A stretch of 64,000 nucleotides of DNA from an uncultured Alphaproteobacteria bacterium (GCA_963800155.1 CAWDAB010000004.1:26755-90754); one strand, 5' to 3'. Counted from the first letter of the stretch, positions 1-12,278 are shown. Notes: generated by a model from the sequence alone, not told the origin. A program made the numbers and translations.

Positions 1-3000
1 GCCGAAACCTTCAACGAAATCGTTACCGCGAACGAACGCATGGCGCAGCAACTCGAGCGCGCCGGGCAAGTGGTCGGGCGCGAGGGGCACACCCGCCATC
101 GCGTCAAGTTCGCCCTGCCCAACGGCGCGTGGAGCGAGATGGAGGATTCGGTCAACACGCTGATCGAGGACCTGCTTTGGCCGACCACCGAAGTCACGCG
201 TGTCATTGCCGCCGTCGCACAGGGCGATCTGCTGCAGACCGTGCGCCTCGACGTGGACGGCCGGCCCTTGAAAGGCGAATTTCTCCGCTCGGCCAATATC
301 GTCAATCGCATGATCAAGCAGTTGGGCATCTTCACGTCGGAAGTGACGCGCGTGGCGCGCGAGGTCGGCAGTGAAGGCAAGCTCGGCGGCCAGGCCAAGG
401 TCCGCGAAGTGACGGGCGTGTGGAAAGACCTGACCGACAGCGTCAACTCCATGGCCAACAACCTTACGGCGCAGGTCCGCAATATTTCGGACGTGACCAT
501 TGCCGTCGCAAACGGCGACCTTTCGAAGAAGATCACCGTCGACGTCCGCGGCGAAATTCTGCAGCTCAAGGAAGCCATCAATACCATGGTGGACCAGCTG
601 CGCGCATTCGCCTCGGAAGTGACGCGCGTGGCGCGCGAGGTCGGAACGGAAGGCAAGCTCGGCGGCCAGGCGATCGTCCCCGGCGTGGCCGGCACCTGGA
701 AAGACCTGACGGACAACGTCAACTCCATGGCGAGCAACCTGACCGATCAGGTGCGCAGCATCGCCGAGGTCACGACCGCCGTCGCGCGCGGCGACCTATC
801 GCGCAAGATCACCGTCGACGTGCGCGGCGAAATCCTCGAGCTCAAGGACACCATCAACACGATGGTGGACCAGCTCAACGCCTTTGCCTGGGAAGTGACG
901 CGTGTCGCGCGCGAGGTCGGAACCGAAGGCAAGCTCGGCGGCCAGGCGCAGGTGCCAGGCGTCGCCGGCACGTGGAAGGATTTGACCGACAACGTCAACC
1001 TGATGGCGGGAAATCTGACCGCGCAGGTGCGCAACATCGCCGAAGTGGCGACCGCTATCGCCAACGGCGACTTGTCGAAAAAGATCACCGTCGACGTTCG
1101 CGGCGAGCTTCTCCTTCTCAAAGACACGCTCAATACCATGGTGGAGCAGCTTCGCTCGTTCGCCGCGGAAGTGACGCGCGTGGCGCGCGAAGTCGGCACC
1201 GAAGGCAAGCTCGGGGCGCAAGCGCACGTGCCCGGCGTCGCCGGCACCTGGAAGGATCTGACCGATACGGTGAACGTGCTCGCGGCAAATCTCACCACGC
1301 AAGTGCGCAACATCGCCGAGGTGACGACGGCGGTGGCGCGCGGCGACCTCTCGCGCAAGATCACCGTCGACGTGCGCGGCGAAATCCTCGAGCTCAAGGA
1401 CACCATCAACACGATGGTCGATCAGCTCAACGCCTTCGCCTCCGAAGTGACCCGCGTCGCCCGCGAAGTGGGCACCGAGGGCAAGCTCGGCGGCCAGGCG
1501 GGGGTGCCCGGTGCCGCCGGCACATGGAAGGACTTGACCGACACCGTGAACGTTATGGCCGCGAACCTCACCGAGCAGGTGCGCGGCATCGTCAAGGTCG
1601 TGACCGCCGTCGCCAACGGCGATCTCAAGCAGCAGCTCACGGTCCAATCGAAGGGCGAGGTGGCGGCGCTGGCCGAAACCATCAACAACATGATCGAAAC
1701 GCTGGCGACCTTCGCCGATCAGGTGACGACGGTCGCCCGCGAAGTCGGTGTCGAAGGCCGCCTTGGCGGCCAGGCGAACGTGCCCGGCGCCTCGGGTACG
1801 TGGAAGGATCTGACCGGCAACGTGAACCTGCTGGCGGCGAATTTGACCACGCAGGTGCGCGCCATTGCCGAGGTCGCCACGGCGGTGACGAAGGGCGACC
1901 TCACCCGCTCGATTCAGGTCGACGCGCGCGGTGAAGTGGCCGAACTCAAAGACAACATCAACACGATGATCGGCAACCTGCGCCTTACCACCGAGCGCAA
2001 CATGGAGCAGGATTGGCTGAAGACGAATTTGGCGAAATTCACCACGATGCTGCAAGGCCAGCGCGATTTCGCCACCGTCGGCAGGATGCTGCTCACCGAG
2101 TTGACGCCACTGGTCAATGCGCATCTCGGCGTCATCTACCGCGTCGACAACTCGGTCGAAGAGCCCTCGCTGCGGCTCGTTTCCGCCTACGCCGACGACG
2201 GCCAAGAGGGACACCGCGAAATTCTCCACATAGGAGACGGCCTGATCGGGCAATGCGCCGCCGACAAGCGGCGCATGCTGATAAGCGAGCCGGCGCTGAA
2301 TGCGGTGCCGATCAGTTCGGCGTCGTTCAAGGCGATGCCGACAAATGTCATTTTCTTGCCCGTTCTTTTCGAGAACCAGCTCAAGGGCGTTATCGAGCTC
2401 GCCTCGCTCCGCACCTTCAACGCGCTGCAGATCGCGTTCCTGGAGCAATTGACGGACAGTTTCGGCACCGTCCTCAGCAGCATCGAAGCCACGATGCAGA
2501 CCGAAGGCCTGCTGAAACAGTCGCAGCAGCTCGCGGCCGAACTGCAAACCCAGCAAGCCGAACTGCAACAGACCAACGATCAGCTTGAGCAGAAGGCGCA
2601 ACAGCTCGCCGAGAGTAACGTCGAGATCGAGCAAGCGCGCCGCGCGCTCGAGGAAAAAGCGAGCGAGCTCGCTTTGACCTCGAAGTACAAGTCCGAGTTC
2701 CTGGCCAACATGTCGCACGAGCTGAGGACGCCGCTCAACAGCATCCTCGTGCTCAGCCAGCAGCTTGCCGAAAACGGCGACGGCAATTTGGTGCCCAAAC
2801 AAGTTGAATTTTCACGCACTATTCACGGAGCGGGAACCGACCTTCTTCACCTGATCACGGACATCCTCGACCTTTCGAAGATCGAGTCCGGTACTGTTAC
2901 CGTCGAAGCCGAGGAAATTCAGCTCGCGAGCCTCGTCGATGCCGTGTCACGCCAGTTCCGCCATGAGGCCGAGCGCCGGCAGCTCGCTTTCGACGTCCGC

Positions 3001-4715
3001 GTTGACGCGAACCTCGGGCGCAGCATCGTCACGGATTCGAAGCGCCTGCAGCAGGTGCTCAAGAACCTGATGTCGAATGCCTTGAAGTTCACGGAAAAGG
3101 GCAGCGTGCACCTCAGCGTGCATGCTGCCGTCGGCGGCTGGAGCGCACAACATACCGTATTGAACCAGTCGCCATTGGTGGTTGCCTTTGAAGTGGTCGA
3201 TACTGGCATCGGCATTCCGGCCGACAAACAGAAGATAATCTTCGAGGCATTCCAGCAGGCCGACGCCAGCACCAGCCGCAAATATGGCGGCACGGGCTTG
3301 GGCTTGGCGATCTGCCGCGAGCTTGCCAACCTGCTGGGCGGCGAACTGACCCTGCACAGCGTTCCAGGCACCGGCAGCACCTTTACGCTCTATCTGCCCA
3401 TCAAGTTCTCCGGGCCGGCGATCGTCCCGCGTATTCCCTCGCCCGGGACGGCGCCGAGCGTGCAGTTTCTCGAAGACCAGCGTGTGTCGGATCGGGTCAC
3501 CGAGAACATACCCGACGACCGGGCTCAAATTCGTCCGGGCGATGCCGACGCTGCTGATCGTCGAAGACGATCCGCATTATGCTCGGTTGCTTGCCGATGT
3601 CGCGCATAGCCTGGACTTCAAGGTTTTGATAACCGCACGCGGCGGCGAAGCGCTCGACCTCGTCACACGCTACGACGTCTGCGCGATCTCTCTCGACATA
3701 TTCCTGCCCGACACGATCGGCTGGAACGTGCTAAGCAATCTGAAGCACAATCCGGCGACCCGCCATATCCCGGTGCAAATCGTGACGTCGGACGACGACC
3801 GGCAGCACGGTCTCGCGCGCGGCGCCTTCTCGTTCCTTACCAAGACCGCCAACGGCGACGATCTCAAATCGGCATTTTCACGCATTCGCGCCTACACCAC
3901 GCGGCCGACGAGGCGCCTGCTCGTCGCGGAAGACAATGCGGCAGAGCAGCTCAGCATCAGGACGCTGCTCGCCCACGATGACCTCGAAATCGTCACGGCG
4001 TCCACGGGCGCGCAATGCAGAGAGCTGCTGCGTTCGGAGCCGTTCGATTGCGCCGTTTTCGACCTCAGGCTGCCGGACATATCGGGCTTCGAGCTCCTGA
4101 AAGAGGTCGGCGCCGATCCTGCGCTCGCCGATTTGCCGGTTGTCGTATTCACCGGGCGTGAGCTTTCTGCGGATGAAGACGCCCAGCTGCACACGATGGC
4201 GCGCAGCATCGTCGTCAAGGGAGTCGAGTCGCCGGAGCGCCTGCTCGATGAAACCGCCCTTTTCCTGCATCGCGCGCTGGCGAAGCTGCCGGCCGACAAA
4301 CAACGCATGCTGGAGCGGCTGCGGGACTCGGACGAAAAGTTGGTGGGCCGCACGGTTCTCTTGGTCGACGACGATGCGCGTAACGTCTTTGCGCTCAGCA
4401 GCGTTTTAGAGCGGCGCGGAATGAAGGTCCTCACCGCGACCACGGGCAACGAAGCGATCCAGCTCATCGAGTTCGAACCCGCACCTGTCGATCGTCTTGA
4501 TGGATATCATGATGCCGGGCATGGACGGCTATCAGGCCATCGGCGCAATTCGCGCAAACCGTGCCTGGCGCCGCCTACCGATTATCGCGCTGACCGCAAA
4601 GGCGATGAAAGGCGACCGCGAAAAATGCCTGGAAGCCGGCGCTTCCGATTACCTCGCCAAACCCGTCAATACCGAGCAACTGCTGTCCACGCTGCGCAAC
4701 TGGCTGCACCGGTAA
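1..4715 (+). CDS. Poly-HAMP hybrid sensor histidine kinase (HAMP repeats-GAF-HisKA-HATPase-3x REC); 5'-partial, with frameshifts near 3540 and 4480
   Basis: ORF 40..3609 is open from base 1. It has six 92-aa repeats with G(K/R)LG(G/A)QA, H-box [14 protein letters not shown] and G-boxes DTGIGI/GGTGLGL. Receiver domains continue in 3482..4726 and 4497..4715. Confidence 0.9.
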
Positions 4716-4729
4716 GCCGAGCATGAGCG

Positions 4730-6560
4730 ATGACCAAGGTCAATATTCTGCTTGTCGACGACCAGCCGTCGAAGCTTCTGACCTATGAGGCGATTTTGCG
4801 CCAACTCGGCGAAAGGCTCCTCACCGCCAATAGCGCACGCGAGGCTCTGGAGATCCTGCTGAAGAATGAGGTCGCGGTCATCCTCATCGACGTATACATG
4901 CCGGAAACCGATGGGTTCGAGCTCGCGAAGATGATTGGCGAGCACCCGCGGTTTCAGCAGACCGCCATCATTTTCATATCCGCCATCGTGCTCAACGATG
5001 TCGACCGCTTGCGCGGTTACGAAATGGGCGCCGTCGATTATGTCCCCGTGCCGGTGATCCCGGAAGTCCTGCGGGCGAAGGTCAGGGTATTCGTCGAGCT
5101 TTATCGCAAGACGCGTCAGCTGGAACAGCTAAATCAGGAACTCGAGAGCCGCGTGGTAGAGCGCACCGCTGCGCTCGCCGATTCGACGACGCAGCTGCAG
5201 CACAGCGAACAGTTGCGCGGCCTCGCGCTCATGGCCGGCCAAATGGGTTGCTGGGAATGGGACGCGCTCCGCAAGATCGGCAGCTGGGATCAGGGCCAGC
5301 ATACGATATTCGGCGTGGAAGCGACGACGTTTCGGCCGACGGTCGAAAATATCTGGCCTTTGATTCATCGCACCGATTTGAAGCCGATCCTCCAGTCGCT
5401 GCGCGAGTTGAACAGTTTTTCTTCGACCTTCCAATGCGAATTCCGCGTGCGGCGGCCAAACGGCGAGCTCCGTTGGTGCCTGGGAGCCGCCGCCGCCAGT
5501 TTCGACGACGCAAACCGGTTGACTCGCCTTGCCGGCATCACGGTCGATATTACCGACCGTAAAATGGCCGAGGAGAGGCAAATGCTTCTCGCCGAAGAGG
5601 TCGATCATCGCGCAAGAAACGTCGTGGCGGTCCTGCAATCGATCTTACGGCTCACGCGCGCCGACAACATCAAAGAGTACATTGCCGCCGTCGACGGGCG
5701 GATCAGCGCCCTTTCGAACGCCCACCGGCTCCTGGCCAATTCGCGATGGGAAGGCGCGGACTTGCGCAAATTGGTCGAGGAAGAGCTTGCCGCCTATCGC
5801 AGCGAGGACGACCCGAGAATTTCGATAGACGGCCGGGCGGTCCTGCTCGCGCCGGCCATTGCGCAGACAATCGCGCTCGCGCTGCATGAGCTGGTCACGA
5901 ACGCCGCCAAATACGGCGCGCTTTCGACGGATGCCGGGCGCGTCGCTTTGACTTGGCACGTCCAGTCAGACCGGATCGATTTCGAATGGGTCGAGTTCGA
6001 ACGGGCCCGCGGTAAAACCGCCGACGCGGCGCGGCTACGGCACACGGGTCTTTTCCGGCGGGATCGAGTACCAGCTCGGCGGCGAGGTGACCTTCGATTG
6101 GCGTCCGGCCGGCCTGCGCTGCAAGCTGTCGATACCGAGGAACAAATCCACGCTGAAGGAACGCCAACCGTCGCGCGCCGTCAACGGCGCGCGGTCGCTG
6201 GAACAGGATTCGCTTGGCAAGCTCGTGTTATTGGTCGAGGACGAGCCTACGATTTCGCTGATGTTGTCCGATATGCTTCTCCAGTTTGGCCATTCGGTCG
6301 ACGGGCCCTACAACCGCTTCGCCGACGCGATGAACGCCGCGCGCACGAACAACGTGCAAGCCGGCGTGCTCGACATCAACGTCGGCGGCCAGAAAATCTA
6401 TCCGCTGGCCGAGGTGCTCACCGAGCGCAAGATTCCTTTCGTCTTTGTCACCGGCTATAGCGCCGACCGGATCGATTCCCGCTTCAGCCACGTGCCGATC
6501 CTGCAAAAGCCGATTGACGCCGAAGCGCTGCGTGCCGCGATATCGCGGGCGCCGCCATGA
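4730..6560 (+). CDS. REC-PAS-HWE-type histidine kinase-REC hybrid; frameshift near 6000
   Basis: N-terminal receiver (ILLVDD), PAS/PAC (CEFRVRRPNG..W), HWE H-box EEVDHRARN and LHELVTNAAKYGAL. The C-terminal receiver is in ORF 6087..6560. Confidence 0.85.
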
Positions 6561-6600
6561 ACAAGGACTTCTTGTTGCTTTCTGCGCGCGTCGGCGAGGC

Positions 6601-7965
6601 TTAGCGGGCGAGCGCGGCGACGGCGCGGCGGTCCGCTTTGCCGGTTGCGCCGCTCGGCAAGGCGTCGCGGATATGGAACACCTCCGGCACCTTGTAGCGC
6701 TCGGTGCGTTCGAGCAGCCAGCCGCGCAATTGCGCGACGTCCAGCGTGCGGCCCTGGCGCGGCACGACGACGGCGTGCAGCACCTCGCCCAGCCGCTCGT
6801 CCGCAACGCCCGCGCACAGCGCCGCCGCGACGTCCGGATGTTCGGCGATGAGGTTGTCGACCTCCAATGGCGCGATCTTGATGCCGCCGCGTGACACCAT
6901 GTCCTTGGCGCGGCCGACCAGCGCGACAAAGCCGCCGGCCGTTTCCCTGGCGAGATCGCCGGTCCGGAAGTAGCCGTCCTCGAAAGCGGCCTGCGTCAAT
7001 TGCGGCTCGTCGAGATAGCCGAGCATGCCGAAGGGCGTGCGGATCTGCAGTTCGCCCGTTGGCGCGATGCGAAAGGCGACGCCTTCGGTCGGCCGCCCGA
7101 TGCTGCCGAAACCCTGCGGCTGGTCGGCGGGCGCGAGGCAGAAGTCGCAGGAGCCGGTTTCCGTCAGCCCGTACAGATCGTAAATGGCGGCCGGCGTGGC
7201 GCGGCGCAAATTGTCGGCGAGCTTCGGCGCCAGCACCTCGCCGCCGGTGAGGATCAGGCGCAGCTTCGGCACAGGCGGCATGGAATCGAACGGCAGTGCC
7301 CGCAGCATCGAGGGCACGGCGGCGAGCACGCTCGAGCCGGCCAGCGCCTGCACAAGCGTTGCACGCTCCGCCTTCGGCATCAGCACGAGACGCGCGCCGT
7401 GGCGCAGCGCGAGCAGCATGACCCAAAGCCCGAAGATGAAGGTCATTTGCAGCGGCAGCAACACGACGTCGTCGGCGCGCAGGCCGAGCAGCCGCTCGAG
7501 CACGGCAAGCTTGTCGGCAAAGCGCCGCTGGCCGATGACGGCGCCTTTCGGCAGCCCCGTGCTGCCCGAAGTGAAGATCACCAGCGCTGCGTCGCGCAGC
7601 AATTCCCGCCGCGGCGGTTCGGCGCCGCCGATAATGGAGAGCGTGTCGCCGTCGACAAGAAAACGCGCGGCGGCCAGGCTCCGCACGCGCTCAATCGTTG
7701 CCGCGGCGGCCGAAACATGGACGGGAACCGCGACGCCGCCCGTCCGCCAGATACCCAGCAGCGCGCCGATATCGGCGGGCCGATTGCCGATCCGCACATG
7801 CACCGGCTCGCCGGCGGTACTGCCGTTTGCGCGCAGCTCCCGTTCGACGCGCAGGGCGATTGCGAGCAAGGCTTCCGGCTCGCGCGCCTCGCCATTGGTG
7901 TCCGTCACCGGATGCCTGAGAGCGGCGAGCGCGTCGCCAAGATACGCGGCAAGCTCGGCGGTCAT
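6601..7965 (-). CDS. Class I adenylate-forming enzyme (acyl-CoA synthetase family)
   Basis: AMP-binding motifs IFTSGSTGLPKG, YGLTETG and YFRTGDL. Confidence 0.9.
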   Translation of the reverse strand: MTAELAAYLGDALAALRHPVTDTNGEAREPEALLAIALRVERELRANGSTAGEPVHVRIGNRPADIGALLGIWRTGGVAVPVHVSAAAATIERVRSLAAARFLVDGDTLSIIGGAEPPRRELLRDAALVIFTSGSTGLPKGAVIGQRRFADKLAVLERLLGLRADDVVLLPLQMTFIFGLWVMLLALRHGARLVLMPKAERATLVQALAGSSVLAAVPSMLRALPFDSMPPVPKLRLILTGGEVLAPKLADNLRRATPAAIYDLYGLTETGSCDFCLAPADQPQGFGSIGRPTEGVAFRIAPTGELQIRTPFGMLGYLDEPQLTQAAFEDGYFRTGDLARETAGGFVALVGRAKDMVSRGGIKIAPLEVDNLIAEHPDVAAALCAGVADERLGEVLHAVVVPRQGRTLDVAQLRGWLLERTERYKVPEVFHIRDALPSGATGKADRRAVAALAR

Positions 7966-8786
7966 TTTGCCCGGCCCGGGAAACGGGAATCACGCCAGGT
8001 TAGCGCCGCCTTCAAGCCCTCGCGCCGCGCGATCTCCATGAATTGCACCTTGTCGGGCGAGCCCGCTCCTTCGATGGCGAGGTCGATCGCCAACGCCTCT
8101 TCCAGCGCCGCCAGCATGTTCTGCGCTTCCAAGGCGCGGTTGATCGCCCGCTTGGTCTGCTTGACGAGATCGGGATCGATCGCCGCGATGTGCCGCGCCA
8201 TCGACAGCGCGGCGGCGTCAAGTTCGGCCGGCTTCACCACGCGATTGACCATGCCGATTTCGCGCGCCCGCGCCGCCGGGATGCGGTCCTCGCCGGTCAG
8301 GATGATCTCCTTGGCGACCTTCGGCCTGACGATCCAAGGCAGCAGCATCGCCACGATGCCGGCGCCGAACTTCAGTTCCGGCTCGCCGAAGAAGGCGTCC
8401 TCGGCGGCGATGGTGATGTCGCAGGCGAGCGCGAGCTCGCAGGCGCCGGCAAGGCAGGGACCGCGCACCGCCGCGATAGTCGGCAGCGGGCAGTGCCAGA
8501 AACGCATGACCGTATCGAAATCCTTGCGCAGAATGCCGCGCCATTGCTCGACGCCGGTCGGGCGGCGCTCCATCTGCTCTTTCAGGTCGAAGCCGGATGA
8601 GAAGGCATTGCCCGCGCCGGTGACGATGAGCGCCCGCGCCTCCGCGTCGCGCTCGATCTCGTCGAGCGCGGCGCCGATCTCCGTCAGCATGACGCTGTTG
8701 AGCGCGTTGGCGCGCTCGGGGCGCGATAGCACGAGACGCGCGACGGGCCCGTCGCGCTCGACCGCAATCGTGGTAAAAACCGCCAT
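7962..8786 (-). CDS. Enoyl-CoA hydratase/isomerase family protein
   Basis: Crotonase motifs AFSSGFDL and GPCLAGACELALACD; 4-nt overlap with the synthetase. Confidence 0.9.
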   Translation of the reverse strand: MAVFTTIAVERDGPVARLVLSRPERANALNSVMLTEIGAALDEIERDAEARALIVTGAGNAFSSGFDLKEQMERRPTGVEQWRGILRKDFDTVMRFWHCPLPTIAAVRGPCLAGACELALACDITIAAEDAFFGEPELKFGAGIVAMLLPWIVRPKVAKEIILTGEDRIPAARAREIGMVNRVVKPAELDAAALSMARHIAAIDPDLVKQTKRAINRALEAQNMLAALEEALAIDLAIEGAGSPDKVQFMEIARREGLKAALTWRDSRFPGRAK

Positions 8787-8897
8787 CGTCCAACCTTTGC
8801 TTTACGGCTTTGCGCCGCGCATCATAGCCTGGATTTTGTGCGGCGGGCGCGCTTGCTGGGCTGGGACGAAAATGCAAAGAAGGCGGCGTTGCGGCGC

Positions 8898-8974
8898 GCG
8901 CCGGTAGCTCAGCTGGATAGAGCACCAGACTTCGAATCTGGGGGTCAGGGGTTCGAATCCCTTCCGGCGCGCCA
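8898..8974 (+). tRNA. tRNA-Arg (anticodon TCG)
   Basis: Complete cloverleaf: acceptor GCGCCGG/CCGGCGC, D-arm, anticodon stem CCAGA/TCTGG with loop CTTCGAA, T-loop TTCGAAT and encoded CCA. Confidence 0.92.
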
Positions 8975-9078
8975 GCTTCTGGCATTTCCCGTGCGAATCG
9001 CACGGCAATCGCACGACAAAAGTACCCATTTGACGATTGGGCTGGAACGTGGCGAATGGGTCGGTCAGCGGAGCGGCT

Positions 9079-9127
9079 GACTACGAATCTGGGGGTCAGG
9101 AGTTCGAATCTCTTCGGGCGCGCCAGC
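9079..9127 (+). repeat. 3' half of a tRNA-Arg(ACG)-like gene (att-site remnant)
   Basis: GACTACGAATCTGGGGGTCAGGAGTTCGAATCTCTTCGGGCGCGCCAGC matches 8928-8976 with 4 substitutions; no foldable 5' half. Confidence 0.8.
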
Positions 9128-9228
9128 ACTTAGCACCCGACTTCCGTGCAAAAAATTACCGCTTTTTACGGTTTTTGCAAGGAAGCCCCCGCATCATCGC
9201 GCGGGATTTCGGCGAACCGTACGCTGAT

Positions 9229-9251
9229 TTCGAATCCCTCTCCCTCCGCCA
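9229..9251 (+). repeat. 3' end of another tRNA, probably Ser (att-site remnant)
   Basis: TTCGAATCCCTCTCCCTCCGCCA comprises a T-loop, 3' acceptor strand, G discriminator and CCA; no upstream tRNA body. Confidence 0.6.
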
Positions 9252-9576
9252 GTCCTTTCGCGACCAAAATTCTCCGCTAGATTTTGCCGCGCTGAAATCG
9301 CCAATAACCACGGGCTTCGCGTGAAAACCTCCGCACTGCGACGCGCCGGCCGAGCCCCGAAATTCGTTCTCTCCGGCCGTTTGTCTCCAAACCTCCCGAC
9401 TGCGCGGCTTTAGTACGGAACTCGTAAGCGTCTGATTTTGAATCGCTTTTGGTGACGGCAACCTCCGCACTTTGCAGAAATATCGCGGGGTAGCGTTGGA
9501 ATCCAACGCGGGCATTGATCGCACGACGGTTTTCAAATCTCTCGGTACAGAATCTTGGCGTCAATCGCCTCTGGCC

Positions 9577-10710
9577 TCACTCCTCGAAGCCGGTCGATTC
9601 CGGTTTGAACTTGAGTTGCTGCGCATTGTCGCGAACTACGCTGACCTCGCTGTCGTCAAAGCCGCCGGTTGCCTCAGCCTCTATCTCCAGCGTGAGCTTG
9701 ACCTTGGCCCCTTGAGTCCGCTGTAGCTCCATCACGACTGCAGTCAGAATGGCATCGAACGACTTCACCGGACGGACCATGTCGATTTCGACCGACCCAT
9801 AGAAGCGTCGAGGCTTGCCGGGCGGCGTCGGCTCAGTAACAGGCCCGGGAGTTCCTGGCTGCGGTTCAGGTGCAGGGGGCGATCCCGGCCCGAGCGCTGG
9901 CCCAGGCGCTCCTTCTTCGGATAGCTGCCTCCTCGCCTCAGCTTCGCGAACGAGCAGCGCCGTTGGCGAGACTAGCTCCGGTGGGTTCTTGGCCCAGATC
10001 AGTTTCCGGTATTTTTCGGTGACGTCATCGAAACCGTCCGCGTAGCCGAATTGTGCGTCAAACTTGGCCACTGCGTCACGTATTGAGCTTTCCAACACGA
10101 CGCGGTCGCGCAACTTTGGCAGATAGACGTAGGCCGCGAACCAATCAGCGATCTCCGATAAGAATACGGCGCGCGCCGAACGCGTCGCCGCGCGAAGCTG
10201 GGAGATGCGCCGCGAGGGATTTGCTTCCATGCGCGAAGGCAGCGAGCCGTCGCCGTCCACTTCGCTGTCTACGACTGCGCTGAATGCCGGGTCGAGTGGA
10301 TAGAGGGCGCTCGCGCGGATGCGCTCATGCGCGATCGGAACGCGCCCCGGCGTGATCAGCGGATCGCGCGTCTGCGCATGCCAAAGCACGCCGATGACAT
10401 TCGCCATGAAGCGCAGCACGCCGCGGGTGCGCTGAAACCGCTCCAGGCTGGCCCAGGCTTTGGAAAGCCGTTCGAACAGCTCAGGGTGAATCGGGTAGGA
10501 CAGGCGCAGCAACTCGAGATAGCGGGCATCCTTGGCCTCGGGTGGAAACTCGGCCGGATTCTTCTTGTAGAGATCATGGAAGGCCTTGACCGTTTCGTCG
10601 CGCGCTTTCTCGCCGTCGGCATCGAGCGGTTGAAACAGACGGCGGCGGATAATCTCGTACGTTTCGTCACCAGATGCCGGAAGCCAGGGCGACTGCACGC
10701 GGCCGAATAG
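9577..10710 (-). pseudogene. DUF499-type AAA+ ATPase, middle and C-terminal fragments with an internal deletion
   Basis: Contains YEIIRRRLF, SYPIHPELFERL and FQRTRGVLRFMA, then an abrupt jump to the C-terminal YVYLPKLRD...LKF..TGFE segment; far shorter than a full DUF499 protein. Confidence 0.75.
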
Positions 10711-12278
10711 CCTTCGCTCGCGTGTCCGGCATCGACCGCGAACAGATCGGCAGCAAACTCCGCTTCCTTGAAACGGTTGGCAATGACGTCCGGGTGCGGT
10801 AGCGCGACCTCGATCCACGGCTTCAAGGCTTTTGCCGGGCCGTCTGAAAGGTCGAGCTTCGGCGGCTGCGCGGGCACTGCGGCAGGAGCGCGGGTGGCAC
10901 CCGAATTGCGCTGTGCGTCATAGAGCTTCTTGAGTTCCGTGACTTCCTTCTCCGGCGCCTTGGACAGCTTCAAAAGCTGATGCATGGCGTCGATATAACG
11001 CAGCGCCTCATCGTCCTGCAGCCCGATGGCGAGATGCGAAATCGCATTGCGCGCTTCCAGCACCATCGAGGTGAAATTGCGGGCCTTGTGCCGGTCGTTG
11101 CGGGCGAACGCGTCGTCGAACACTTCGCGCCAGCGGTTGATCATCGTCTTGACGAGGCCATAGGCGTCCAGCGGCGCGTTGGGCGCGGAGCCCTGCGCAC
11201 GGCTGGCATAGTGCAGCCAGTTCGCGCCATGGACGGTCTTCATTCGCGCTTTTCGTTCAATGGGCGAGCCCGTAACTACGCAGACGAATGCTTCGCCCTT
11301 CGCGGATTTTGTACCGAGTTCAAATTTCTGTTCGTCGCCTTTGGCGAGCTCTCCCTCCTGAACTTCAAAGTAATAACCATTCGGTGCTGCCGGATCGATC
11401 ACCGGCTTAACCCAAGCTTTCTTGCCCTCTTTGGTCGAGAGCATGAAGGAGGAAACCAGCGGCACCATCGCGCCTTTGGCCGCCGGATCGGGCGAGCGCA
11501 CGGTGCGCGCCCACAGCCAGGCGATGACGGTGGCGTCCGAGCCGTCCGGCAATTTCGCTTTGGGATAGAGATGGCCGATACGCTTTTCCGCCTCTTCGCG
11601 CATCCATTGACCGTAATAGCGCACATCCTCGGCAAGGCCCTGCGTGCCCTTGCCGTTCCAACGTCCGCCACGTTTGAGTTCGGCCTGCGATTTCGGATTG
11701 ACCGGCGGTCGGCCGGCGAATTTCGGCGGTATCTCCACCAGTGCCTTGCCGATCAGCACGGCCACCGGGTTGAGGTCCGAGCCATAGGCGCGAAGCCCGA
11801 GCCGCTGTGCCTCCAGCGGAATTGAGCCGCCGCCCGAGAAGGGATCGTAAACCGGCGGTGACTTGGTCTGGAGATAATCGAGGATCGCCTTGCTGTTGGT
11901 TTTCGGCGGTGGCTCTTCGCCCAACCCCCAAGCCACAGAGCGCGCGATTTCCCAGCGCGCCTCGTTCAGGATGGCCTCGTCGTTCGAGGCCTCCCACGGC
12001 ACCAGCCGTTCGATGATCTTGTGCAGGCGCTTGCGCTCAGCATCCTGTGCCTCTTCGGTGGGAAACCGGTCCGGCCAGGACGAGGGATCATCTACCAGCT
12101 GCGCGAACAGCACCGCGCGGCACGCGGCCAACGGCCGCCGCGCCCACCACAGATGCAGTGTGGAGGGGTGGCCATGGCGGATCGATTTCTCGCGCGCCGA
12201 GGCGGCGTTGATGGCCTCCAGCGGGATGGATACCTCGATAAGCTTTTTTCGAACGGATGGAGCGGTAATGTCAGGCAT
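10356..12278 (-). pseudogene. Chimeric ORF: DUF1156 adenine methylase N-half fused in frame to a Swt1-like HEPN/DUF499 N-terminus
   Basis: KKLIEV..PL..IN, HLWWARRPLAACRA and DPFSGGGSIP (DUF1156), followed by HEPN-like EARNAISH and LKPWIEVALPHPDV (DUF499 start). The methylase catalytic half is absent. Confidence 0.75.

Noticed and set aside
300-1950. Long DNA direct repeats
   Set aside because: These are in-frame 276-bp HAMP coding repeats, not a CRISPR array or a mobile repeat.
796-2802. Long antisense or alternate-frame ORFs (also 7000..8907, 18936..20615, 43826..45247 and others)
   Set aside because: Shadow ORFs of GC-rich genes with no recognisable motifs.
9061-9127. Second complete tRNA-Arg
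   Set aside because: The 5' acceptor strand and D-arm are missing and the anticodon stem pairs poorly; treated as an att remnant.
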